From: Isoptericola halotolerans
Lineage (GTDB): Bacteria > Actinomycetota > Actinomycetes > Actinomycetales > Cellulomonadaceae
Assembly (NCBI RefSeq): GCF_013149785.1
Contig: NZ_JABEZU010000002.1
Coordinates: 434,001-498,000 of the forward strand
DNA length: 64,000 bases
Direction of reading: 5' to 3'
Shown here: piece after piece, positions 1 through 8,637 of the stretch
How positions within the stretch are numbered: the first letter of the stretch is position 1
Layout: each line of letters opens with the position of its first letter
Made by a program: the position numbers and the translations under genes
Notes under the pieces: model-generated
Told to the model about the DNA's origin: nothing
Databases searched by the model: none
Seen by the model: only the letters and a program-made list of their open reading frames with translations

Positions 1-24
1 GCGGAGACAGGCGAGGGGGCCTCG

Positions 25-525
25 GTGATGGTGCGGACGACGTACGCGTTGACCCCGACGATCTGGGGGTATGCACGGATCAGTGGTTCCGGGACACCGG
101 AACGGCCCGGTGCGCAGGCGGGAGTGGTTCGCGTCGACGTGATGGTCCCGCCGCTCCTGACGCCTGACGAGCTCGCCGACCTGCACGCGCGCCTGCGACC
201 GACGGCGGCGGAGGGCGGCCGGGAGGTCGATGTCGGTCTGCGTGCTCGTCGCGTCGTCCGTGAGGCCCTGGCCGGTGCCATCGAGGTCCAGACGAGCGAG
301 GCGCTCGACCGGGCCGACCGCGACGTGGCCGAGTCGCCACTCGTCGGCGCTTTCGCCCGCCTGGTGGTGCGCGGCGGGCAGTGCAGTCTTGCGGTCGCCC
401 ACGCAGCGCTGGCGCGTGAGCTGGCCTGGGCCGGTGTCCGGGCGGCGTGCGAGGGGGACACCTCGGGCATGGTCGATGCCGTGCTGGCGCTGGACGCCTT
501 GCTGGCGGCGCCGAACCGTACCTGA
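25..525 (+). CDS. hypothetical protein (true start uncertain, possibly ~130-142)
   Basis: ORF with plausible Ala/Leu/Val-rich helical composition, followed by a hairpin; no recognisable motif. Confidence 0.45.
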   Translation: MMVRTTYALTPTIWGYARISGSGTPERPGAQAGVVRVDVMVPPLLTPDELADLHARLRPTAAEGGREVDVGLRARRVVREALAGAIEVQTSEALDRADRDVAESPLVGAFARLVVRGGQCSLAVAHAALARELAWAGVRAACEGDTSGMVDAVLALDALLAAPNRT

Positions 526-533
526 CGGCACGT

Positions 534-570
534 GGTCCGGGACCCGTCCCCCTGCGACGTGTCCCGGACC
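534..570 (+). terminator. hairpin after ORF 25-525
   Basis: ggtccgggac (534-543) / gtcccggacc (561-570) inverted repeat just after the stop. Confidence 0.4.
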
Positions 571-789
571 GTGGTCGGTGTCGACCCGTGCCTGCGGCAG
601 CGACGACCCGCGGGCAAAGGGGGGGACTACCCGCAAGCCGCCGCCATGTGGACAGACACGGCTGAGCGTGTTCGATGACGGGTCGCGACGTGATCCATGT
701 CACGGCTGGTGGCGTCATGATCGATAAGTACGGTTGTCTAACTATCTGGTGGTGAGAGTCTCCACCAGGGACGATCGAACGGAGCATTC

Positions 790-2514
790 ATGACTCACGC
801 AGTGGAGCGGGGGGCCGTCCCCGGCCGCCTGCGCCGGGCGGCAACCCTGGTTGCCGCCACGAGCCTCGCGCTCGGCGGAGCGCTCGCCGCCACCGTCGGG
901 CCCGGAGCGACGCCTGCCGCGGCGGCCGTGCCCGCCGACCGGTGCGCGGCCGAGGGGGAGATGCCGGGCATCGGCAACGTCCCCACCTTCACCGACGGCA
1001 ACGTCGCCGTGTACGCGGGTGGCGACTACCTCGCCGCCGGCACCGCGGCCGAGTCCGAGGGCCTGCTGCTGGTCCGCGGCGACGCCACGTTCGCCAAGGA
1101 CTCCGGCGGCGTCTTCAACGTCGGGTCCGTCGGCGTCGGCTCCGGCATCAGCCCGGCGCCCGGCGAGACGATGCTCGCCGTCGGCGGTGACCTCGTCGTC
1201 GCCGACAGCACCGAGGTGCACGTCGGCGCGCTCGTCGACGGCGGCGGGGCCGTGCGTGTCGGAGGGAGCCTGACCCCGGGTGGTGGTGTGGACGCCTTCG
1301 GCGCCACGGTGACCGACAGCCTGGGCGAGGCCTCGGCCATGGCTCCGTACGAGGACTTCCAGACCACGATCACCGAGGTGTCGTCCGACCTCGCCGGCGC
1401 CGAGATCACCGGGACCGTCGAGCGGTCCGGGAACCAGGTCGTCCTCCGCGGCGCCGGTGGCCCCGGCCTCGAGTCCTTCTCGATCGCGGCGGCCGACCTG
1501 AACGGCGCCACCGAGGTCTACCTCGACGGTGTCGACGAGGGCGCGGCGGTTGCGATCACGGTCACGGGCGGCCCCGTCGACTTCGCCCCGACCTACCTCG
1601 CTCTCGACGGGGAGCGGGTGGACGACTTCACCAGCGACAGCTTCGGCAACGCCGCGTCCCGGCTCCTGTGGAACTTCGCGGACGCCGAGCAGATCACCAT
1701 CGGTGGCTCCAGCCAGTTCATGGGCACGATCCTGGCGCCCGTCGCGGACGCCGAGATCACGGCCAGCACCAACGGTCGTGTCTACGTCGGAGGCGACCTG
1801 ACCACCAGCGGCACCGGCAACGAGCAGCACAACTACCCGTGGATCGGCGCGCCGGAGACGAGCTGTGTCGCCGAGACCGTCGAGGTCGGCGGGTTCTCCG
1901 TGGTCAAGGAGGTCACCGGCGCGGGTGCCGACCTGGTGGACCCGGGCACGGAGTTCTCCGTGGAGTACGCCGCGACCGTCGACGGCGAGCCCGTCGCGGG
2001 CACGCTGGTGGTCCCGGCGGACGGCACCGTCGTCCAGGGCCCCCAGGACCTGCCGACCGGGACGGTCGTGACGTTCGCCGAGTCGGGTCTGCCCCAGGTC
2101 GACGGCGTCGTGTGGGGCGCTGCGGAGTTCTCGCCGTCGTCGGTGACCGTGGCCGCCGACGAGGTCGTGCTGGTGACCCTCACCAACACCGCGGACGTCG
2201 TCGGCACGGAGGAGGAGACCCCTGAGCCGACGCCCGAGGTCACCGAGCCCGGCGACGAGACCACTGCCGAGGGCGACGAGCCCGTCGGGTCCCAGGACGA
2301 GGACAGGCAGGACACCGCCGGTCAGGAGGTGACGGGGACGGACCCCGGCACGCAGACGGCCGACCAGGTGGTCGCGACGTCGGACGAGACGGGCATGCTG
2401 CCCGTCACCGGGACCGAGGCCGGCATCGTCGCGGCGGTCGCGGTCGCCCTGCTCGCCGTCGGCGCCTGGCTCACGATCATGGCCCGTCGACGGGTCGGTG
2501 ACGGACGGGCCTGA
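790..2514 (+). CDS. sortase-anchored surface protein, choice-of-anchor A / collagen-adhesin-like domain plus Ig-like repeat
   Basis: GGAG RBS; signal peptide (RLRRAA...AAAAVP); 'LLWNFADA...FMGTILAP...NGRVYVGG..E.HNYPW' choice-of-anchor-A-like motifs; 'FSVVKEVTG...VTLTNT' repeat; acidic linker; LPVTG + TM + RRR tail. Confidence 0.8.
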   Translation: MTHAVERGAVPGRLRRAATLVAATSLALGGALAATVGPGATPAAAAVPADRCAAEGEMPGIGNVPTFTDGNVAVYAGGDYLAAGTAAESEGLLLVRGDATFAKDSGGVFNVGSVGVGSGISPAPGETMLAVGGDLVVADSTEVHVGALVDGGGAVRVGGSLTPGGGVDAFGATVTDSLGEASAMAPYEDFQTTITEVSSDLAGAEITGTVERSGNQVVLRGAGGPGLESFSIAAADLNGATEVYLDGVDEGAAVAITVTGGPVDFAPTYLALDGERVDDFTSDSFGNAASRLLWNFADAEQITIGGSSQFMGTILAPVADAEITASTNGRVYVGGDLTTSGTGNEQHNYPWIGAPETSCVAETVEVGGFSVVKEVTGAGADLVDPGTEFSVEYAATVDGEPVAGTLVVPADGTVVQGPQDLPTGTVVTFAESGLPQVDGVVWGAAEFSPSSVTVAADEVVLVTLTNTADVVGTEEETPEPTPEVTEPGDETTAEGDEPVGSQDEDRQDTAGQEVTGTDPGTQTADQVVATSDETGMLPVTGTEAGIVAAVAVALLAVGAWLTIMARRRVGDGRA

Positions 2515-2518
2515 GTCT

Positions 2519-2557
2519 CGTCCCGGGCCGTCCTGAGGTTCAGGGCGGCCCGGGACG
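2519..2557. terminator. bidirectional hairpin between convergent genes
   Basis: cgtcccgggccgtcctga / tcagggcggcccgggacg, 18-bp stem with one G-U pair. Confidence 0.6.
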
Positions 2558-3088
2558 CCACCGGCGCCAGCACACCGAGGCGACCGGACGGTCGGTCGCG
2601 AGGGCACCGATACGCCTGCCCGCCCGCAGGTCGACCAGGTGAAGGCCGTCGAAGATCCACTGCGGTTCCGGCGCCCACAGCCGGTCGATCCCGAGGCCCC
2701 GCGCCTTGAGCGCGGCCTCGCCGCGCACCCAGGCGCGTGAGCCCGCACGTTCCTCCTCGGCGTCGAGCCCGACGGCGCCGCACGGCACGACGGCCATCGC
2801 CACGATCCGTCCAGACCTCGTCACCGAGTACGCCGGGCCGTCCACCGCCACGGGACGGCCGTGACCGATGTGACCGCAGCGTGCGCAACGACGGTCGATC
2901 CGGACGTCCTCGACCGAGACTCCCAACGTCCGGGCGAGCACGGAGCGCTGCATCGTCCGCGACGTCGCGACGAGGTCGGCGACGGCCGACGACGCTGCCC
3001 GGCGGACCGCGGCGGCGTCCTCCGGCGACAGCGAGGGGACGCAGCGCGCCACCGGGAGCACAGGACCGACCCAGAGCTCGACGTTCAC
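2540..3088 (-). CDS. 4'-phosphopantetheinyl transferase (short Sfp-type)
   Basis: GTG overlaps the NRPS stop (GTGA); motifs 'CARCG..GHGRP', 'YSVTRS', 'VGLDAE', 'WVRGEAALKARGLG'. Confidence 0.75.
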   Translation of the reverse strand: MNVELWVGPVLPVARCVPSLSPEDAAAVRRAASSAVADLVATSRTMQRSVLARTLGVSVEDVRIDRRCARCGHIGHGRPVAVDGPAYSVTRSGRIVAMAVVPCGAVGLDAEEERAGSRAWVRGEAALKARGLGIDRLWAPEPQWIFDGLHLVDLRAGRRIGALATDRPVASVCWRRWRPGPP

Positions 3089-6000
3089 GCCCTCTCGAAC
3101 GCTTGGGTGCGAGCCGGAGACTCGATCCATCCGATCGTGTGGAACCAGTCGATGTAGGCGTCCAGCATCGCCGCGTCGACCGGTGGGCACTCGATCCCGG
3201 ACCCGGCGAGCCCGGCCTCGGCGTTCTCCTGGCCGAAGCGGGGGAACAGGTCCTCGAAGTACAGCTCCTTGACGGTGACGTCGCGCTGGGCGGCCACGGT
3301 GGTGAAGATCGGCAGGAACGCCACGATCGGGTGGTCCGGCGAGGTCGCGCAGAACGCGCGCAGCTCCTCGACCCACTCGTCGTAGCCGATCGTCGTGATC
3401 CGGTGCCCGGCGAGCCGCAGACGATCGACCATGTCGGACAGCAGGGCGAAGGACGGGTTCGTCAGGTGGTAGGTCTTCCCGGCGACGTTGCCCGTCCTCT
3501 CCCCGAGCCAGACCAGCGCCCGAGCCAGGTAGTCCGCCGGGACGAAGTCCAGCGGGAGCGCTGCGTCAGGAGTGACGCCCATCTCCACGATGGCCTTGAA
3601 GAAGGCGACGATCGCCGCCTCGGTGTTCCAGGCCCCGTCGTGCTGGTTGCCGGTGATCTCGTAGGGCCGGTAGACCGACACGGGTACGCCGCGCACGGCG
3701 GCCAGACCCAGGACCTTCTCCGCCACCCACTTGCTCTCCGGATAGCCCATCGACATCCGCTCCACGTGCTCGACGGCGTCGTCCTCGGTGAGGGTCCGCA
3801 CGTCGGCGGACCCCATGCCGGACAGCAGCGCGATGGTCGACACGTAGTGCAGGGGGATGCCACCGCCCCGGAGCGCCAGCCGGGCCAGGGTGCGTGTGCC
3901 GTCGACGTTCGTGGGCCGGAGCCACTCGTAGGGGTAGACGAAGTTGACCTGCGCAGCCGAGTGGTAGACACGGCTCGTGCGGCGGGCCAGCGCGTCGAAC
4001 GTGGCGGGGGAGAGCCCCAGGTCCGGCGCGGTCAGGTCGGCCGGCAACGCCACGATGCGGTCGTCGTCGAGCGGACCGTGCCCGTAGGCGGCCTGCGCGT
4101 CGGCGATCCGTCGTCGGCCCGCCGCGGGATCCTGCGCACGCACCAGGCACTCCACCACGGCGTCGGTCCGGGCGAGCAGCTCGCGCAGCAGGTACGACCC
4201 GAAGAACCCGGTGGCGCCGGTGAGCAGGATCCGGTCACCGTGCCCGGCGTCAGCGAGCGGCGTGGTCTCCGGCAGGTGGATGTCGGCGCGCCAGCGGTCG
4301 GTGGCCTCGGGCGCCGGTTGCGACGCTCCGGCGTTCTCGACCACCGACCCCACCTTGGCGGTGAAATCGTCCAGCCGAGGCGCCGAGAGCAGTGCCCGGA
4401 TCAGGTCGTAGCCGCTCGCCCCGTCGAGCTCCAGCTCTGCCTGGATCCTCGCGACGAGCCGTGCTGCCCCGAGCGATGTCCCGCCGACGTCGAAGAAGTG
4501 CTCGTCGGGCGCGGACGCCGGCACACCGAGCGTTGCTGCCCACGCCGCGGCGACGTGTTCGGCGAGGGTCCCGGGCGAGGGCACGGCGTCCGGATCGGCG
4601 CCGGTGGACCTCCGCCGGGCGGCGAGGTCCCGCAGCGCACCCCGGTCCGCCTTCCCGCTCGGTGTCCGCGGAATCTCGGTGAGGTCGACGATGTCGGCCG
4701 GGAGCATGTAGTCCGGCAGGACGGATGCCAGCCGGGTGCGGACGCCTGTGCTGTCGAGCCGGTCGCCTGACAGGACGACACCGGCCACCAGCCACCTTCC
4801 CGTCTCGTCCTCGGCGTCGACGACGGCGGCCTCCGTCACGTCGTCGAGTCGCCGCAGGGCCTGCTCGACCTCGGCAGGCTCGATCCGGTAGCCCCTGACC
4901 TTCACCTGACTGTCGAGTCGTCCCTCGAAGAACAGCAGCCCGTCTCCGGTGCGGCGCACCAGGTCGCCGGTCCGGTAGTAGCGCGATGACCTGCCGGGTG
5001 CGGTCTCCAGCAGGACGAACTTCTCCCGTGTGCGCTCCGGGTCGTGAAGATAGCCTGTCGCGACGCCGACGCCGCCGATCAGCAGCTCACCGACACCGGC
5101 ACCCCGGACGGGTCCGTCGTCCTCGTCGAGGAGCTGGCAGTCGACATACGGCAGCGGGCGGCCGATCGGGGCGGGACCGTCGGCGTCGGGGTCGATGACC
5201 TGCGCTGTCGCGACGACGGTCCCCTCCGTCGGGCCGTAGCAGTTGATCAGCCGGTCCACGCGGCGCGCCACCACGGCGGCATGGCGGACGTCGAGCGCCT
5301 CCCCGCCGGTCATGACCTGCGAGAGCGCATCGAAGAGCGGCGGGTGGGTCCGCGCCAGGTGGTGCAGCAGGCTGGTGGTGAAGAACGCCGTGTCCACCCG
5401 GTGGGTGCGCAGGCGCTCGCCCAGGGCCTCGGGTGCGAGCAGGAGGTCGGACTCGACGACGACGAGGCAGGCACCGTTGAGCAGTGCGGGCCAGATCTCC
5501 AGGGTGGAGGCGTCGAAGGCGAGGGTCGAGGCGTGCAGGACGCGATGCCCCGGCCCGAGCGCCAGGAACCCGTTCCGGGTCGCGAGGTGGAGGATGCCGC
5601 CGTGCGTCACACCGACCGCCTTGGGGGTCCCCGTCGAACCCGAGGTGAACATGACGTAGGCGTGGTCCTCAGCGTCGGCAGGCAGATCACGCAGGGGTGT
5701 GTCGTCCGTCGGGTGGTCCGCCCGGGCGTCCACGACGGTGGCCAACCCGTCGGCGACCCGCTGATCGGTCGTCGTGACGACGACCTGGCAGCCGGTGGAC
5801 TCCACCATCGTCGCAAGCCGCGCCCGCGGGGTCGCCGGGTCGACCGGGAGGTAGGCGGCGCCCCGGCGGAGCACCGCCAGCATGCTGGCGAGCGTGCGGG
5901 CACCCCGGTGTCCGACGACGCCCACCACGTCGCCGTGTCCCACGCCCGCCGCGGCGAGACGGGCGGCGATCTCCCGGGAGGCGTGCTGCAGGTCGGTGAA

Positions 6001-6096
6001 GGTGGTGGTGCCGCCGGTATCGATCACGGCGGGGTCGTCGGGCTGTCGCCGAGTGATCTCGTCGAGCTGCTGAGTCAGGGTGCGCGCGTCGGCCAC
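3085..6096 (-). CDS. single-module NRPS-like protein, A-T-R (adenylation, carrier, thioester reductase)
   Basis: A domain: YVMFTSGSTGTPK, FDAS, NCYGPTE, YRTGD, QVKVRGYRIE, TPSGK; T domain: FFDVGGTSL; R domain: LLTGATGFFG and GYPESKWVAE; GGAGG RBS; no C domain. Confidence 0.93.
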   Translation of the reverse strand: MADARTLTQQLDEITRRQPDDPAVIDTGGTTTFTDLQHASREIAARLAAAGVGHGDVVGVVGHRGARTLASMLAVLRRGAAYLPVDPATPRARLATMVESTGCQVVVTTTDQRVADGLATVVDARADHPTDDTPLRDLPADAEDHAYVMFTSGSTGTPKAVGVTHGGILHLATRNGFLALGPGHRVLHASTLAFDASTLEIWPALLNGACLVVVESDLLLAPEALGERLRTHRVDTAFFTTSLLHHLARTHPPLFDALSQVMTGGEALDVRHAAVVARRVDRLINCYGPTEGTVVATAQVIDPDADGPAPIGRPLPYVDCQLLDEDDGPVRGAGVGELLIGGVGVATGYLHDPERTREKFVLLETAPGRSSRYYRTGDLVRRTGDGLLFFEGRLDSQVKVRGYRIEPAEVEQALRRLDDVTEAAVVDAEDETGRWLVAGVVLSGDRLDSTGVRTRLASVLPDYMLPADIVDLTEIPRTPSGKADRGALRDLAARRRSTGADPDAVPSPGTLAEHVAAAWAATLGVPASAPDEHFFDVGGTSLGAARLVARIQAELELDGASGYDLIRALLSAPRLDDFTAKVGSVVENAGASQPAPEATDRWRADIHLPETTPLADAGHGDRILLTGATGFFGSYLLRELLARTDAVVECLVRAQDPAAGRRRIADAQAAYGHGPLDDDRIVALPADLTAPDLGLSPATFDALARRTSRVYHSAAQVNFVYPYEWLRPTNVDGTRTLARLALRGGGIPLHYVSTIALLSGMGSADVRTLTEDDAVEHVERMSMGYPESKWVAEKVLGLAAVRGVPVSVYRPYEITGNQHDGAWNTEAAIVAFFKAIVEMGVTPDAALPLDFVPADYLARALVWLGERTGNVAGKTYHLTNPSFALLSDMVDRLRLAGHRITTIGYDEWVEELRAFCATSPDHPIVAFLPIFTTVAAQRDVTVKELYFEDLFPRFGQENAEAGLAGSGIECPPVDAAMLDAYIDWFHTIGWIESPARTQAFERA

Positions 6097-6124
6097 GGTC
6101 GTCCTCCGGGGTCGCAGGGGGGGG

Positions 6125-6517
6125 TCAGTCCCGCCAGAAGTGCGCCATCTCCGCCGGGTCGGCCGGGAAGAAGCGCAGCTCGCTCACCGCGGAGCCCCGT
6201 ACCGTGAAGACGTCGGCGAACTCGGCCCTGACCTGCTCCCCGAACCGGGTGGCCTCGTCGACGGCGATCACCACGCCGCCGTCCTCGTCGACGGCCATCC
6301 GCTGCACGACGGCCCGTGAGGTCCCGCCCGTGAGCTCGGCCATGCGGGCGAAGGCGCCGAAGATCTCTGTCTTGCCGTGGTAGACGCCCGAGATCTGCGT
6401 CTCGCCGGGGATCGACATGACGGCGTCGTCGTGGAAGAGCTGGTCGAGGGCGGCGACGTCGCCGGCGTTGAAGGCCTCGTAGACCTTCTCGAGGACGCTG
6501 CGGTGGGTCTGGGACAC
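6125..6517 (-). CDS. NTF2/SnoaL-like protein
   Basis: 'YEAFNAGDVAALDQLFHDDAVM.IPG....SGVYHGK' typical SnoaL-like N-terminus; GAGGAG RBS before GTG. Confidence 0.8.
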   Translation of the reverse strand: MSQTHRSVLEKVYEAFNAGDVAALDQLFHDDAVMSIPGETQISGVYHGKTEIFGAFARMAELTGGTSRAVVQRMAVDEDGGVVIAVDEATRFGEQVRAEFADVFTVRGSAVSELRFFPADPAEMAHFWRD

Positions 6518-6567
6518 GGAACTCTCCTCGGGTGAGGCGGGTGGGGTGTCGAGCCGCACTCACCGTC

Positions 6568-8574
6568 TCACGGGTAGGCGGGCACCGCACCCGCGACCTC
6601 GAACGGGGAGACCACGGTGAAGGTCACCGTCGTCGTCGGCCCGTAGCGGGGCTCGTCGCCGTCGAGGTCCTCCGCCATCCGGAGCCCGAGGGTGTGCTCG
6701 CCGGGCTCCAGGCCGTGCACGACGCGTCCCAGCGGCTCGTCCGCGAGGGTGTGGACGTTCCCCGTCCAGGCCCCGTCGACCGCCGCCTGCACCGTGTTCC
6801 CGGCGGTCCCGTCGAACGCGACGTCGACGGTGTATGGCGGCTCGCCGGGCACCCAGCGGCCGGGCAGCACGTCGCCGTCGGCCGGTGAGACGATCCGGGG
6901 CAGGTCGAACTCGTACGGCCCGATCGTGTCCACGACGGGCTGCTGGTCCGGGGCCGCCTGCGTCACCGTGAGACTGCCGTGGTCGCCGGTCCCCAGGCCG
7001 TCGAGCGTGAGGTCCCACGTGCCGCTGTCGTCCACCGTGAGGGTGTTCACGAGCGTCCCCGACGCGTCGGTGACGGAGACGAGAGTCCCGGCCGGTGCCT
7101 CGCCGCTGGTCCGTGGGAAGACCGCCACGGTGCCGCGGGGCGTGGTCGAGCCGAGCACCGGCGGGTCGAGCGGCTCCTGCGTGGGTGTCGGAGACGGCGC
7201 GGGTGTGGGCGTGAGAGACGGCGCGGGTGTGGGCACGGTCCCCGTCGGGGACGGGGTGGGTGTCGGTGTGGGCGAGACGACCGTCGGTGTCGGCGTGGGC
7301 ACCGGGGGATCGGGCGGTGGCGTCGCGTCTGCGGGCGCGTCGGTCGGACGCACGCCCGGTGCGGGATCCGCCTCCGTGGGCGTGGCCTGGGGCCGGGACG
7401 GTTCGGCGGGTTCGCTGCCCGTGGTGCCGTCGTCGGTGTCCGGCGGCGACGCCTCCACCTCTGGGCTCGGCTCCGTCAACGGGGCCGGGTCCTCGGTGAT
7501 CGGCTCCGCCGGATCTGTCGGCCCAGCCGGCTCCGGGCCGGCCGGCGAGGCCGGACCCGAGGAGACCACGGCAGCGGCGTCCGGTTGTTCGGGCGCCGAC
7601 GGGCCACCCAGCACGACACTGCCCGCCCACGCCACCGCACCGACGACGGCGGTCAGGGCCAGGCCCCCGACGACGCCCCGCACCGGCTGGCTGCCGAACC
7701 GACCCACCCTGCGCCAGATCCCGGCGATGCCCGCACCGCCGGAGCCCGGCTCGACGCCGACCGCTGCGGTGCCGCCGAGCCCTGCCTTCGCCGCCAGCGC
7801 CGGGGCGCCGAGGAACAGGGGCAGCAGTCCGACGCGCAGCCGCGAGGAGACGTCGCCGAGCTCGCCGACGAGCAGCGTGCAGTCGGCGCACTCGGCCACG
7901 TGCCGGCGCACCTTGTGGTGCACCTCCCGGCTCAGGCTGCCGCGCAGGAAGTCGCCCATCCGCTCGACGGACCACCGGCACGCCGGGGCGACGGCCCGGA
8001 CGTTGACGTGCGCCTGCAGCCAGGCCCGCCGCAACCCCTCGCGCGCCCGGTAGGCGAGCGCCGCCGTGGCCGAGGCGGACAGCCCCAGCAGGGGGGCGGC
8101 CTCGCGGGGCCTCATCTCCTCGACCTCGACGTACCAGAGCACCGACTGCCACCGCTCGGGCAGGGCGCGGAAGGCGTGCATCGCCACGGAACCCTCGACG
8201 ACGTCGTCGGACAGGTCACGCGGGTCGGCCTGCTCGGGCAGGTCCTCCACGGGGATGTCGGTGCTCCGGTGGGACCACGACGCCGCGATGTTGCGCAGCG
8301 TCTGGTAGAGGTACGGCCGGAACGGCCCGTCCGGGCCGTTGCCGTTGAGCAGGGCGTTCCAGATCCGCAGGTACGCCTCCTGCACGAGGTCCTCGGGGTC
8401 GAAGGCCGCGGTCATCCGCCGCGCGGCGGCCAGGCCCGCCCCGGCGTGCCGGTCCCACAGGACACCGAAGGCGCGTTCGGTCCCGGTCCGGACCGCTTCC
8501 GCGAGCTGCTCGTCCCCGAGCTCACGGAGCGCGGCGGACTCGCCGTCCCGTGGTCCTCGGTGACCGAACCTCAT
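6568..8574 (-). CDS. ECF sigma factor fused to zf-HC2 anti-sigma, TM helix, Pro/Thr linker and Ig-like extracellular domain
   Basis: Region 2 'AFGVLWDRH...EDLVQEAYLRIW...FRPYLYQTLRN'; region 4 'FRALPERWQSVLW...AYRAREGLR'; HxxxCxxC 'HVAECADC'; TM 'GVVGGLALTAVVGAVAWAG'; PT repeats. Confidence 0.85.
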   Translation of the reverse strand: MRFGHRGPRDGESAALRELGDEQLAEAVRTGTERAFGVLWDRHAGAGLAAARRMTAAFDPEDLVQEAYLRIWNALLNGNGPDGPFRPYLYQTLRNIAASWSHRSTDIPVEDLPEQADPRDLSDDVVEGSVAMHAFRALPERWQSVLWYVEVEEMRPREAAPLLGLSASATAALAYRAREGLRRAWLQAHVNVRAVAPACRWSVERMGDFLRGSLSREVHHKVRRHVAECADCTLLVGELGDVSSRLRVGLLPLFLGAPALAAKAGLGGTAAVGVEPGSGGAGIAGIWRRVGRFGSQPVRGVVGGLALTAVVGAVAWAGSVVLGGPSAPEQPDAAAVVSSGPASPAGPEPAGPTDPAEPITEDPAPLTEPSPEVEASPPDTDDGTTGSEPAEPSRPQATPTEADPAPGVRPTDAPADATPPPDPPVPTPTPTVVSPTPTPTPSPTGTVPTPAPSLTPTPAPSPTPTQEPLDPPVLGSTTPRGTVAVFPRTSGEAPAGTLVSVTDASGTLVNTLTVDDSGTWDLTLDGLGTGDHGSLTVTQAAPDQQPVVDTIGPYEFDLPRIVSPADGDVLPGRWVPGEPPYTVDVAFDGTAGNTVQAAVDGAWTGNVHTLADEPLGRVVHGLEPGEHTLGLRMAEDLDGDEPRYGPTTTVTFTVVSPFEVAGAVPAYP

Positions 8575-8637
8575 CGATGCATCCCCCCACGACGTCCCTG
8601 CTGCCCGTCCATTGTGGCGCACGGGTGGCACGGACCC

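Noticed and set aside
717..744. dif-like look of ATGATCGATAA-GTACGG-TTGTCTAACTA
   Set aside because: The right arm matches the XerD consensus poorly; more simply a promoter or leader region
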